Source of the DNA: a virus
Direction: 5' to 3' (one strand)
Length of the DNA: 64,000 nt
IMG/VR virus record: IMGVR_UViG_3300021255_001584
Location: 3,526-67,525 of that record
The position numbers and the translations under genes are program-made. Below, one piece after another: positions 37,163-50,800 of this stretch (position 1 is its first letter; each line of letters opens with the position of its first letter). Below the pieces are notes generated by a model, which made no database searches, was not told where the DNA came from, and saw nothing but the letters and a program-made list of their open reading frames with translations.

Positions 37163-38541
37163 ACTATTTAGATGTATATTTTTCCCGCATTAATCATATG
37201 GGAGAAACCACCGCGGAACGTATCCGTAATGGTGGCATCAGGTCGTTTGAAAAATGGCTTGCAGAATCTCCTCATACAATAAGAAATTTATCTGTTGAGC
37301 GTGGGATTTATTTTGATGGCATTATCCTTACAAGTAAGGATAAGGAATATGAAAAAATTATGTTTCTTGAAGTTGCCAATAATGTTCCTCTTTTAATCGG
37401 AGACATTATGAATTGGACTCTTGATGATGGTAGCATTGAAAAATGGATTATCATTCAAGAAGAAAAGAAAGTGAATGGCACTTTTAGAAGTTTTTGGATT
37501 GTAAGGTGTAATTATCTTATGAAGTGGATTGACGCACAAGGGCATTTACAACAATCTTGGGCTTATTTTGTTAGTTCATTGGATAGTAAGATAAAAGGTA
37601 ATTTCCGTACTTGGAATAATTTAATTACACCGCAACCTAATAAATATGCCGAATTATTAATGCCTCGTTATCCAATAGATAGAGCAACAAATTTTATTGT
37701 TGAAGAAGAATCATGGACAGTTGTAGAATATGACCACACAAGTGTCCCTGGTGTAATTTATCTTTCTCTAACAGAAGGTAAAATTAATTCTATCTATGAT
37801 GACGTTGAAAATAATATTGCTGATACGGATAAACGGGCACAATATAAATTATTAATTCCTAATGAAAAACAAGTATTTGATGTTGGAGTAAATATTCTTG
37901 AAACTTTGAATTTTACTTTGACTAAAAATGGAGTTCCTTGTAAAGAGCCCGTTAAAGTGTTGACTACATCTTCAAGATATGTAAAAAAAGAAATTGAATA
38001 TAAAGAAGATAAACAAGTAGAAAAACTGATAACTCAGCAATACGGTGATAATGTTGAATTAGTAATACAATTAGTAAATTATCCTTCTATTACACAACAT
38101 TTATTTATTGATATTAAACCAGAGCAGCAAGGAATAGTGGCACATATTAATGGTGCGGATAAAATACATTTAGGTTATAAAGAAAAATATATTTTAGATG
38201 CGTCAATAGATGATATACAAGATTATAGATTTGTTTTATATAAAACTATTATTATAAATATTGAAGATGCGGAAAAAGAAGAGTATTCAAATTATTTATT
38301 TTTCCCTCATCCTAAATTTCCTAAGAGTTTATTAATAGGAATTTTATCTAATGATTCTATAGATTTATATGAGAAAGAGACTATTCTTGCTAAAGTATCT
38401 TATGATGAAAAAGAAGGTAAATGGTTAGTTATAGCTAATGCTAAAAATAAATTGGGTTATGTTGTGCTAGGATGTTTATATAATTATAATAATCAAGATT
38501 ATTCTATATTTAAAACAATAGAAATTATCCCATTATGGTAG
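37159..38541 (+). CDS. putative neck/head-closure protein
   Basis: Position; beta-rich, RCNY..KW motif. Confidence 0.45.
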   Translation: MNYLDVYFSRINHMGETTAERIRNGGIRSFEKWLAESPHTIRNLSVERGIYFDGIILTSKDKEYEKIMFLEVANNVPLLIGDIMNWTLDDGSIEKWIIIQEEKKVNGTFRSFWIVRCNYLMKWIDAQGHLQQSWAYFVSSLDSKIKGNFRTWNNLITPQPNKYAELLMPRYPIDRATNFIVEEESWTVVEYDHTSVPGVIYLSLTEGKINSIYDDVENNIADTDKRAQYKLLIPNEKQVFDVGVNILETLNFTLTKNGVPCKEPVKVLTTSSRYVKKEIEYKEDKQVEKLITQQYGDNVELVIQLVNYPSITQHLFIDIKPEQQGIVAHINGADKIHLGYKEKYILDASIDDIQDYRFVLYKTIIINIEDAEKEEYSNYLFFPHPKFPKSLLIGILSNDSIDLYEKETILAKVSYDEKEGKWLVIANAKNKLGYVVLGCLYNYNNQDYSIFKTIEIIPLW

Positions 38542-38550
38542 GTGATTTAA

Positions 38551-39072
38551 ATGAATATAAATAATACTCAAAGACGATTTGCCGTAATGGGTGATAATAC
38601 TTTTGTAATAGCTAATAGATTGATGACAGATCAAAAGATATGCCGTTTGTTAAAATATCAAACAAAAGACCCATTAAAGCCTATTGATCCTATTACTGGT
38701 AATAAACAACCGGATGTAGATGGTATAGATTTAATACATAAACAAATCCTTATTGTTCCTAAAGTATTTGATGATAGTACAGAAAAGATGTCTTATATTA
38801 TTTCAGTATTTGATGATTTTACTGTTAATCAGCTTAATCCTGAATTTAAAATTTCAACTGTTCGTTTTGATATAGCTTGTCCATATGACGAATGGATTTT
38901 AAATGAGCAATCTTTAAGACCATATTTAATTATGGAACGAATAGATCAGTTATTTAATGGTCAACCATTGGCTGGTATAGGCAATTTACAATTTTATCGC
39001 GCGGATAATTTAACTTTATCACCTTGGATTGGTGGATATTCAATGAGGTATAGAATCAATGAATTTAACTGA
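38551..39072 (+). CDS. putative tail terminator/completion protein
   Basis: Position; RPYLIMERID.LFNG....GIG.L.F. Confidence 0.5.
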   Translation: MNINNTQRRFAVMGDNTFVIANRLMTDQKICRLLKYQTKDPLKPIDPITGNKQPDVDGIDLIHKQILIVPKVFDDSTEKMSYIISVFDDFTVNQLNPEFKISTVRFDIACPYDEWILNEQSLRPYLIMERIDQLFNGQPLAGIGNLQFYRADNLTLSPWIGGYSMRYRINEFN

Positions 39073-39838
39073 TGATGAAGTTTTAAAATTTCAACGCGGT
39101 TCACCTGTTTTTTTAGACGATATATGCGCGATTTATCCTGCCAAAATGGGAGAAATTGTAGATGAAGGTTATTCAAATTTTCAAAAGTATTTAAGTGTTT
39201 TAATTGCGGAAAAACCTGTCATTAATAAATCTGATGATAGTGAATTAAAAGACTTAATGGAACAACTTACAGATTTTCAATATTTATTAATGATGACGGC
39301 AGTTGACCCAGAGATTAATCAAACAGTAAAAGACGCTTTTAGATTTTTTACTCATGAAAATATTGTTTTTTCTTTAGACCCCGCGCAAATCATTATAGGG
39401 CCAATAGAAGAAAAACACTTATTAACAGAGGAAAAGTTTTATGATTTACAGCGTATCCTCAAACGAATGTATTTCATAGAACAAGAAGGGGAAGAAATTA
39501 TTATTTCTAAAGACGACCCACCGGCAGTAAGAAGATTAAAAGAACAAATGCGAAGAAATAGAGAAAAAGTTCGCAAAGCAAAAGCAAAACAGGCTGCTCA
39601 AGAAGGGTCAGATTTAAAGTTCTCCGACCTTATAGGCAGTATCACCATTGATAACTGCGGTTTAAACATGGAAAATGTTTGGAATATTACATATTACGCT
39701 TTTCACGACCAGCTGAAAAGAATGGGATGGCGTGATCAGTTTAATATAAACAATCAAGCCGCTTTGGCTGGTGCAAAATTGAAAAAGAATCAATTAAAGC
39801 ATTGGATGCGTTCCATTGCGAGCTCTGACAAATCATGA
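39059..39838 (+). CDS. hypothetical protein, possible tail assembly chaperone
   Basis: WNITYYAF motif near C-terminus; adjacent to tail tube gene. Confidence 0.4.
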   Translation: MNLTDDEVLKFQRGSPVFLDDICAIYPAKMGEIVDEGYSNFQKYLSVLIAEKPVINKSDDSELKDLMEQLTDFQYLLMMTAVDPEINQTVKDAFRFFTHENIVFSLDPAQIIIGPIEEKHLLTEEKFYDLQRILKRMYFIEQEGEEIIISKDDPPAVRRLKEQMRRNREKVRKAKAKQAAQEGSDLKFSDLIGSITIDNCGLNMENVWNITYYAFHDQLKRMGWRDQFNINNQAALAGAKLKKNQLKHWMRSIASSDKS

Positions 39839-39857
39839 TTTATAGGAGGTAACTCAC

Positions 39858-40841
39858 ATGGCTGTTAATATTTTTGATAAGTATGGTATTAAGGAAGTTG
39901 CCAACGTTTATTTTGAGGCCCTAGAGGACGATCCTAAGTCTAATGTATATAAGGGTGACATCGTTCTATTCCTAGATACCCTAAAGGTTTCTACTATTGA
40001 GACTACTGCCGAGACCACAGATGCTACTGGTGGTTGGGGCAATCCTAAGCTAATTTCTTGGGACTATGGTAAGGAAATTACCATCACCCTAGAAGATGCT
40101 CTAATTTCTCTTGAATCTCTACGTTTCATGCTAGGCGGTGCTATTCATAAGCCAGCCACTAATGACACTGTAATTGTACATCATACGGAAGAAGTTATTG
40201 CTGGTGCTGGTGGTGCTCTACCACTACCAAAGGATCATATTACTGGTAATACTCTAACTCCAAAAGCTACCGCTAATCATCCAATTCGTTTCATTAACTA
40301 TGGTGGCGGCACTGGAAGTACAGTAGCTGGCGTTCGTACTCAGATTGTTGCTGCAGTAGGCCAGGACGGAACAGTAACTGACAAGGCTATGGCTGCAAAT
40401 GATATTCTAAAGTTTAAGAATACTGCTATGGGCGTAACTACAGCTGCTCCTGCTGCTGAAGGTGACCATATTCGTATTTTCTGGGATGAGCTAGTAACTG
40501 GTGCTGCTAATGCTGATACTGCTGTTGAAGTAACCATTTCTCCTGATACTTTCCCAGGCACTTATCGTGTAGTCGGTGATACTTTCATGCGTTCACAGAA
40601 GACCGGTAAGGATGAAGCTTTCCAGTTTGTAATTGGTAAGGCTAAGGTTCAGTCTGAGGTTACTATTACTCTAGAAGCCGAAGGCGATCCTTCTACTTTT
40701 GAAATGACCCTAAACGTACTACGTGACGATAACGAGCGTGGTAATAAGGAAATGATGAAGCTAATCCGTTATGGCGGAGCTGCTGCTGACGAGACCAATG
40801 CTGGTGACGACATCGGTTCTTTATCTGCTGATGGTCAGTAA
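39858..40841 (+). CDS. major tail (tube) protein
   Basis: TLKVSTIE...ATGGWGN..LISWD...AEGDPSTF; high-expression codon bias; terminator follows. Confidence 0.75.
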   Translation: MAVNIFDKYGIKEVANVYFEALEDDPKSNVYKGDIVLFLDTLKVSTIETTAETTDATGGWGNPKLISWDYGKEITITLEDALISLESLRFMLGGAIHKPATNDTVIVHHTEEVIAGAGGALPLPKDHITGNTLTPKATANHPIRFINYGGGTGSTVAGVRTQIVAAVGQDGTVTDKAMAANDILKFKNTAMGVTTAAPAAEGDHIRIFWDELVTGAANADTAVEVTISPDTFPGTYRVVGDTFMRSQKTGKDEAFQFVIGKAKVQSEVTITLEAEGDPSTFEMTLNVLRDDNERGNKEMMKLIRYGGAAADETNAGDDIGSLSADGQ

Positions 40842-40887
40842 TTAAATAATTAAACTAGGGGCTTTATGCCCCTAGTTTTTATTTTAG

Positions 40888-41748
40888 GTGGTGAATCAAA
40901 TGATTGACCAATATTTTGGTGTAAAAGAACTTTATGAGGTTGTATTAAAAGCTAAAGTTCCTATGCAATTTGGTTCAAGGCGCCTAGAAGAAGGAGAACC
41001 TGTTCTCTATTTTGAGAATGTAAGTATCTCCATGCTTTCTGAAAGAAACTCCCCTATAATGGCGCGAGGCGGTTGGTCCAATATGCCTCGTGTTATTTGG
41101 GAGGATCGTTCAGAAGTTACTTTTTCTTTAACAGAAGGCGTTATGTCCTCTATTAGTATGGGGATATTATTAAGTGCTAATATGACTGAAAAACAAGAAG
41201 GAACTTCTATCGCAGTTCCTATGCGTGAAGGACCTTTTGAATTAGATTCGGATAATAGTTTTGTTTTAAATCATATGCCCATTTTGCCGCCGCGAAAGAA
41301 AGTTTTTATTTATGAATATGAACGAGACGTAGGACAAAAGAAAGTATATGGTGAAATTATACAAAATATACACAATATCGCGGGTGAAATAGTTCCCCGT
41401 ATAAAAGTGAAAGAAGCGGACGCCACCAATCATTATATGGTGGATTATTATTATGAGTATAAGGATGAAGCGTTGATATATTTGATTCAAAAAGAACGCT
41501 TTAATGGATTGTTCACTCTTGAGGGTAAGTTTTACTCCAAGGATGAAAATGAAGGCTTAAATTATACTAATTTAATTTATATGCCAAAAGTAAGAGTTGT
41601 AAGTGATATTAACTTGCGCTTGGGAGAAAGGGCTGATCCAACTACGTCCGTTTTTAACATCGTTGGTATGCCGGAAAAAACGGATGATAGTAATAATTTA
41701 ATAGTGAGAATAACGCGTCTTAATCAAGACATTGATGCTGATATATGA
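40888..41748 (+). CDS. tail tube protein paralogue
   Basis: FGVKELYEV, ARGGWSN..IWED, ADPTTSVF align with 39858..40841. Confidence 0.65.
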   Translation: MVNQMIDQYFGVKELYEVVLKAKVPMQFGSRRLEEGEPVLYFENVSISMLSERNSPIMARGGWSNMPRVIWEDRSEVTFSLTEGVMSSISMGILLSANMTEKQEGTSIAVPMREGPFELDSDNSFVLNHMPILPPRKKVFIYEYERDVGQKKVYGEIIQNIHNIAGEIVPRIKVKEADATNHYMVDYYYEYKDEALIYLIQKERFNGLFTLEGKFYSKDENEGLNYTNLIYMPKVRVVSDINLRLGERADPTTSVFNIVGMPEKTDDSNNLIVRITRLNQDIDADI

Positions 41749-41813
41749 GCCACTTTCCTGGGTGTAGGAAAGTGGCTCTTTTTATTTTGGTGAAAAAGGA
41801 GAGGTGAAAATAG

Positions 41814-44800
41814 ATGGCTGGTCAAGCAAGTGTAATGATAGATGTATCTGCACAAGTTACTGGATATCAAGAATCACTTAATAAACTTAAAGAGAGTTTA
41901 AATAAAATTGATTTAAATTCAGATTTTGGACAACGGGCATTAAATACAATACAAAAAATTCAAAAACAGATTAATGACTTAGATAAAAATTCTAAAAAGC
42001 GTGTGACTTCTGAAGCTGGTATTGAACGAATTACTGGTCAAGCAGCATCTGTTGGGCAGGCTTTGCAAGAAGTTGCCAACATGATGAATGGGATTTCAAT
42101 TGATAATTTAGATCTAAGTAAATTAAGTAGTGATACACAAGATGCTATTAATAAAGCGAGAGAGTTACGCGCTCAATTAGATCAAAGTATGGGCGCTGGC
42201 ATACAAAGTATGATTGCTGATTCTCAAGAGCTTAAAAGTGTGCTGGAGTCTCTTGGGGTTGATCTTAATAGTTTAAATGCGGATAATTTCGTTTCAGTTT
42301 TAAGCGCGGGCTTAAATGATTTAGAAACTAAAACTACTAACTTAAAAGCGCGCATAAGTGAGTTATTTACAGAAATTGGAAATTTAAAACAAGTAAATAA
42401 AGAACTAGAAGGTAATCAAGTATTAAAGTTTCAGAAATCTTTTGACTCAAAATTAGTAAAAAATTATCTAGGTGAAGATTATTTTAATCAAATTAATAAA
42501 TTAGCAGAACAAGCAAAATCTAAAACAACAGATACGAGTTATCATGGAAAAATTGATACAGCTTTTTCAAAATTATTAGATGCTAAATCCTTAAGTGAAG
42601 CACGTGCAGAATTAGAATTAATTTTAAAAAATTGGAAAGAATTAGGATTTGCCAATAAAACTACTTTAGAGGGCATAATAGGCCGAAGTGGACAACATAC
42701 TAAATTTCTTCCAGATGATTTGTTAACTTTTGATCCTAAAATAGTAGCTGAAAAAACAGCAGAAATACAAGATATTATTAATCAAGTTGGAAGTTCTTTT
42801 TCTCCTGAAGGAAAATCGGCCATTTCTACATATTTAGAAGGTGGAGATATTAAAGAAGCGGCAAATTTGACTGCAAAGGAATTAATGGAAGCTACGAATA
42901 ATATTAAAACTCAAATTGAAAAGAATAATAGAGACATAGAAGCTAAATTAGCTGAAAAAAGAAATGCAGAAACAGCATCAAAAAATAATCCATCACAAGC
43001 TGATATTATAGAGGACGCTAAAAAACGAGTCGCGGAATTAAGAGAACAAAATAAACAATTGCAAGAACAGGTCGATCAGCAAGATAAAACTGTTCAACAA
43101 TTATTAAATAAAGAAACATCTGGCGTAAAGGGCTCGGCAGGTGAAGTTTTCTCTGAGGCAACAGCCCAAATTAATCAAGCCACTGAAGCATATAAGCGCT
43201 ATAATGCTGAATTAGAAAAAGGCCGTAATATTAATACTATGGTCGGTAAAATAGAAGGTGTAGTTCAGCGTTGGTTTAGTGTTTATGCTGCGGTTCGTAT
43301 GGTCAGTAATGCTGTACGTTCTGTTATTTCTACTGTAAAAGAGCTAGATAAAACAATCACAGAAATTGCAATTGTTACCGATAAAACTCAGCCAGACTTA
43401 TGGAAGCAAATGCCGGATTACACAAATATGGCTAGACAATATGCTTCTTCTATTTCTGGTGTATATAAAGTTTCTCAGTTATACTATCAGCAAGGTTTGG
43501 AACAAAGCGATGTTATGGCTTTGACAGAAGAAACTTTAAAGATGGCTCGTATTTCTGGTTTAGATTATGCTACTGCTACAGACTATATGACTAACGCAGT
43601 ACGTTCCTTTAAAATGGAAATGCAAGATGCACAGACTGTCGTAGATGTATACTCTAATATTGCAGCAAGTTCCGCTACTAGTACAACAGAACTAGCTACT
43701 GCTATGAGTAAAACTGCTTCTTCTGCCGCGGCTGTTGGCAGTAGTTTTGAAAATACTACAGCTATGATGGCTGTTATGATTGAAGCTACTCGTGAAGCGC
43801 CAGAGAATATCGGTTCTGCTATGAAGTCAATCATTTCTCGTTACGGTGAATTAAAAGAAAATCCAGCGACAATGATTGATAGCGAGGGAGAAGAACTTAG
43901 TCTAAACAAAGTTGACACCGCCTTAAAGAGCGTCGGTATTACAATTCAAGACACTGAACATCAATTCCGTGATTTTGATGATGTAATTATGGAACTAGCA
44001 CAGAAATGGGATACTATTGATAAAAATACTCAACGCTATATTGCCACCGTTATGGCTGGTAATAGACAGCAATCTCGTTTCTTAGCATTAGTTTCTAATG
44101 GAGAACGTTTAGCGGAATTAAGTGAAGAGGCTGCTAATAGTGAAGATACTGCTACATTGCAAGTTTTAAAGACAATGGATAGTATTGAAGCTAAGACACA
44201 ACAGTTACAAACTAGTTTACAATCTCTATATACTTCTTCTGGAATTGAAACTTTATATAAAGGAGTATTGGATTTTGGTAATAATATAGTTAAATCTTTA
44301 ACTGAAATGTCTACTGTTGCTGGAATACCATTGGCTGCTATTACTCAAATTGGGTTAACGTTTTTTAATCTAGCAAATATTGTTACTAACGTTTTTGCGT
44401 TAATTAAAGCGAGAGCTAGTATGAATGCAAATGCTATGGTTGGCATTGCTCAAACAAGCATGCAGCAAAGAGTTAATATAAGTGCCGAAGAAGCTAGGCA
44501 GCAAGCTTTGATAGCCCAGCAACATCTTGAATTTATGCAAGAAGTTAATAAAGCAAAATTTTTACAACATAAATATACTGAAGAACAAATGGTTCAGGCT
44601 ACAAAAGATGCTGAAGATAAAAAAATGCAAGCGGTTCTTACTGCTGAACAAGAACGGGCCGCTATTTTAGCAAAGCAAACTAAAATGAGTATGGGGCTGA
44701 GCGCAGGTAGTTTATTACTTTCTACTATCGGTGGAACTATAAAAGATGATACTAAAGCTAAGAAAGGCATTAAAGGTGCATTTGGAATAGGAAGTTCAGC

Positions 44801-47800
44801 TCTTTCTGCGGCGGCAATGGGAGCAATGATGGGTCCGCAATTTGCAGGAATAGGCGCAATTTTTGGCACAATTACTGGTATTCTTCAAAATTGGGGTATG
44901 ATTTTTGAATCAATGGAAGCAGAAGCCCAACGTATGAAAGAGTCCGCAGATGCCGCGAATAATGAATATTTAACAAAGAAAAATGATTATAAAAATTTAG
45001 ACGAGCAAATAAAGAAATTAAAAGAATTAGAAAAAGCGCAATATGATAGTGAAGAAGCTAAAAAAGAATATATAGATGCTAGTAATAAATTAGCGGAAGG
45101 ACATCCAGAGTTAATTGCGTCTTTAGATGCAGAAGGAAATGCTGTTATTGATTTGGCTGATACTTATGGAGTGCTTACCAGAGCAAGAGAAGAAGCTTCA
45201 AACGCGGCTGAAGAAGCGGCGATAAAGAACTTAGAATATGCTGAAAAATTAGAAGAACAAGCTAATAAAAAGCGTGAAGGACAAGAAGCAGAAAAATGGT
45301 ATACATTTTTTAATGATTTACCTAATAGTTTAGATGCTGGTTTAGCTTCCGCTTATGACAAACTAAAGAAAAGTGCGGGAGAGAAGGCAAATCAATTACC
45401 AACTTTAGATATTTTAAAAGGACAACTTTCTAGAGAGCCGTCTTTATCAGATGTTACTGCTTTATATGATATTGAACATTTAGTACCAAAAGATGCCTAT
45501 ATGGCCTTTTCAACAGAAGCAGCAGAGTTTCAGACTATGACACGTACCAATTATGGTGCAGAATTAACTAGTTCTGCTACTGAAATGTTAAAAGGATTAT
45601 ATAAAGGTATGGGTGATGATGTAGAAAAAACTCTTAACCCATTATTTGATTATATTAATACACAAGATACGGAAGGTATTAAAGAATACTGGAAAGATAA
45701 TCAAGAAGCAATCAAACAAATACACGATAATAACACCAACACTTTAAATCCTATTATAAAGAATTTATTAGAACAAATTGCAGAATTAAACGGTGGATTT
45801 TTAGATATACAAAGCTCTATTGAACAAGCCTCTAATGCTACAAAAGCGGCTGCACGCTCTTCAATGAGTACTTTAGCTTCCATTAAATTTATGGATCAAG
45901 ACAATTCGTTAAATGAATTTTATAAAGGCATGGAAGGTGCAAGTACTTTAGTTTCTAATTATTTAATGAATACTGCGGAAGAATGGAGCGACTTGGAAGA
46001 AAATAAAGGAAAAGGCTATAAAGATTTTATTAAAGCGCCTGAATTTGATAAAGCAATTCAAACAATACAAGAAACTTTAGGAGTCGCTTGGAATGATTTA
46101 TTGCCAAAAGATAAAGCTAAGTTAAATGAGTTAATAAAAAATAAAGGGAAATATACTTCTGATGAATTACAGACTAAAGTAGCTGAAATATTAGGCTTTA
46201 AAATGAATGATATTAATGCTACTGCTGAACAAGCTATTTTAAATAGTTTAGATAATAACTTTTCTATTGGAAAAATGTACGATGCTATTAATTCCCGAAG
46301 AGCTAAACAAACAAACGGTAAAAAATTACGAGGTGGGTTGCTGTCTAATTTACAGCTAGGATTGGATGAATGGCAAGTATATCTTGACACTTATGATCAA
46401 ATTGCTTCATTAATAGAAAATGATACATTATCTCAAAAAGATGGCCAACAAGCCATGAATCGTTATCATGATTTATGGGAGCAAGCTGCTGGTAATGATG
46501 TAGCTCAAGGATTATTAGAAAATTGGACAGATTTTTCTTTAACTGGCTTAGCAGAATTTAAGAAACAAGTATATGAATCTAGTTTAGATCCTAAAGAAGC
46601 GGAACAATTAGTTCAGAGCGCAGAATCTTATGTAAAATCTATGCCAACTAATTTAACAGCAGAATTACAAACTTATGCTCAAAAAGTAACTACAAATATT
46701 GAAGATTTTGAAAAAGCCTTATCCAATAGTACTAAAGGTATGGATTTAAAAACTGCTACTGAACTTGCTCAAAAGACTGGAAAAACTTTAAATGATTTTG
46801 ATTTTAAAGAAGGCAAATTTTTCTTTGATGACTTTGATGCATTAAAAGAAGCTTATTTTAATGAAAATAAAGAATTAAAACAAAATATAGCTAATGCTGC
46901 TAAGGAATTAAAAACTAAATTAGGTAGTATAAATATTTCTGATTTAGGCCAAACTTCAACAGCACTAAGTGATTGGATTTCCCAAGAAAAAAATATAAAA
47001 GCAGTTCAAAACGCAGGTATTAATCCTACAGATTTTCAAAATTATTATGAACAATATCTTTCTGAAGCTAATGTTAAAACACAAACTTTTACTCAATGGG
47101 TCGCACAAAATATAGATGAAGAATTAGCTGCGTCATTAACTAAAATTGATGAATATATAGCGGATGCCACCGCACGTTCTGCTTTAGCTAATGGAGATTT
47201 TGATAACTTTTTAAAAGTCGTAAAACCATTAGATGGTGGGAAGGCTGCACGAGATGCATTAAAATCTGGAGATATAGATTCTTTAGTTGAACAATTTCCA
47301 AAATATGCTAGTGAAATTATTAAGAATTATCAAAATATTAATAATGAAATTTATAATTCTATGACTTCTGGCGCTGGTGAATATGTTGAAGCAAATCAAT
47401 TTAATGCAGCAAAACTTGCTGCTTTAGAGCAAAAAGGTTTGTTACAAAGAATTTCCGGTGCGGGCGCAGAAGCCGTTTATAAGACAATTCAAATTACAAA
47501 TAGTAATATTGATGAATTGCTTAAAATGATTCAAGATGATAAGAGTCTATCTAATGATGAAAAAGCTTCTCAAATTCAAAAAGCTTTTGATGAAGCGTAT
47601 CAAGACCCTTATGAAGTCATGGATGGCTTAATTGAAGAAGGCGGCGTTTCAATTGAAATAATGACCAAATTAGCTGAAATGCTGTATGGGGATGCTTCAA
47701 AAATTAAAGAAGTAGAAGAAAAATTTAATTTAACCCCTGATATTGTTACTGGTAAATATGAAACGAATGGGGATCTTCTTGATAAAATAACCGAACAAAT

Positions 47801-50800
47801 AAATGATATTACTAGTGGAAAATATTATAAAGATAAAATAAATGAACAAATTGCAGATTTAGAGGCTGAAAGAGAACAGCTTAATATAGCTAAACAAAAA
47901 GCAACAAATAAAGAAGATAAAAAAGAGCTTAAATATAAAATAGGTACTATAGGACAAACTATTGCACAGCTACAAGCTGATATTGAAAAATATACTGATC
48001 GTGTTTTAGACTTAAATGAAATTAAAGAAGTTAATGATTTATTAGCTAAAGCAGCTTCAATAACTAATAAGCCATTACGCGATAGAAAAACCACTCTTGA
48101 AGATATCATTAAAAATATGACGGCTTTAACTGAAGAAAATATTTCAGATATAGCTACAAATATTTTTGGCATGCGTTCCGATTCTGAAGAATTTAAAAAA
48201 TTAGGATTATTTAAAGATAATGGTGATGGTACTTCTACATTAGATGTTGCCGCTTTACGAAAGGCGATTTCTGAAAATGTCGGAGATATTAATGATGAAC
48301 TTCAACAACTTTTAGTGGATACTATTCAAAATCAGGCCACAGAAGCTACTAAAGCTCTAACAGATGGTGTCCAAAGTAAAGAAGATAGAAAGAAAATAGC
48401 TGATTCTTATAAAGAATTTGTTGGAACCGATTTGGCCGAAGACGCTTGGAATTGGGACGCTGATTTAAATGCTTTCACTCTTAGTGCAGAGGCTTATACA
48501 ACGTATGTTCATGCTTTAGCGGCTGGCGCTGCCAATGCAGAAGAAGCAGAAGCTATATTAGAGACTGCTCGTGATTCTATTATTGAATCTATGGATATTA
48601 GTGGATTTGTTTCTGATGTGGAAGGCATTAGTGGAAAAGCTGGGCAAAAATTATATAAGCAATTACAGGCATTAAATTCTGAGAAATATATTGATGCAGA
48701 AGGCGACAATACAAAATATATTCAAGCTGCGACAGAGCGACAGATGAAGTTATTACGTAGTGGTGGACAAACTGCTATAGCTATTCTTAAAAATATTAAT
48801 CCAGAAGCTACTCAAGAACAAATTGAAGAAGTTTTCTACGCCCAAGTAAATCGTTATCAAGAGGGTATGGAGCAATTATCAGAAGGGCTACAAGTCAATT
48901 CTATGGTTGCAGATGAAGAAATTCGTAATATTCTCGCACAGCATAGATTTGAATTTGATGCCAATGGCGTAGTTACTACCGTTGGTAATTTAATTGAAGG
49001 TGTACAAGGTGTTTATGAAGCAATTAAAACAAGCGGTGAATCTACTACAACCCAAATTAATAAAGCTTATTCTGATTATTTAACTACACGAGATAAGACC
49101 AACAGTGATATTTCTTCACTTCTTTCTGACGCCTATGGAATGGCTTATGAAGAGTTTGGAAAGATTATTGGCAATCTTGGTATAGATTTTGAGACTGTTT
49201 TAAAAGATCCTAAATCTGGAATTGTAAGTAACGGTTTCGGTGGTATTAATATTGTTGATTTTAAAGCGTTTTCTAATAAATACTTAACTGGTATGCTTCC
49301 AAAAGCTAGCCAAGAATATACAAAATTATTAAGCGCTTATACTGATTCTTCTATTGAGTATATGGGAGAATATAGTAAGGCGGTAGCCGAACAGCTTTCT
49401 AATATTTCTTCTGCAAAAGTTGGACAAAAAGTTAATGTTCAATATTTGCTTGATTTGCTTAATGTAGAAGAAAAAACACTTGGTGATATTCTTGGTAGTA
49501 GTGTAACAGATGGCATACTTACTATTAATGGCGTAGTTAAAGAGCGTCTTTTTGGTTATTTAAAAGGTATACGTGAAACATTAGAGACTCAAGGAAAAGA
49601 TACCTTTGCTATTGATGAAATGCTTAATGAGTTTTTATCAACAGCTCAAAGTGAAATTTCTTCAGCTTCTATAGGCGGAACTTTAAGTGCCGAAACCGCT
49701 TCTGTTCTAGCATCTTATAATGGATTCTGGACTAATAAAATTAGATTTGATGGTACAGCTGTCTTAGAATCAGCTGATGATTTATATACTGCTGCTATTG
49801 ATGTTTACGCGGCTATTAAAGAGTCTTTTGAAAATGATAAATCAGATTTACAAACTTTAAATAATGCTTATGCTACTATTATTAAAGCGTCTACTAGCGA
49901 GGATGCTGCTGTGAATGCTATGCTTAGTTCTGCAGCTAATCTATCTACAGATACATTGAATAATTTTATGACTTCAATGGGTCTTAGATTAGAAGAAATG
50001 CTAAAAGAAAATGGACAAGTTACAGATGCGTGGGCAGATAGTATTGAAAGAGTAGGAGTAGAAACTTATCAAATAAAAGATTGGAATAAATATATAAGTG
50101 ATGTTGAACAAAAATTAGGCTATAAATTAGATCAAACTACTTCTGAATATATTAATTCTTATATTAGTTGGCTTGATAGTGAGGCAAATGTTGCTCCAAA
50201 CGCGAAGGAAGCTTTAATGACCTCTTTAGTGCCTAATTTAGATAAACTTAGTTATGCACAAATTGGTCAAATTGCCAAGACATTTGATTTAACTGTAGAC
50301 GCAATATTAAAACTTGTAGAAGATAATGGTGATAAAACATTTAATGCAAATGGGCTATTAACTGCGCTTGAAGGACAATTTAATCAAGACAATGAATCTT
50401 TTGTACGAGCATTAAATGAGCAAAAAGCAACTGTTTTAACTAACTTTACTAATGCTGTATCTACTTACATTAGTAGCCAGAAAGGTTCCACAGATATTAG
50501 AGTTTTAAGAGACTCTTTTAGAGATTTTGATAAAGCGATTCAAGCAATGGGCTTTGATCTTAATCTAACAATAGGAGAATTAATCCCTGTATTAAATGAT
50601 GGTGGCGCACAGGCCGTTGGAGTAATGTCAAGTATAGCAAAAGATATGAAACAGCAACTTAGTGCGCAAGATGTAGAAAACATCTATCGCGCCCAAGTTT
50701 CTTCATATGTTAATGCTATAGACACAGTTATTTCTGGTCCAGGCGCTATTATTGATGCCACCACTGCTAGTATTATTAATTCCGCGGGCGGAAAAGCTAC

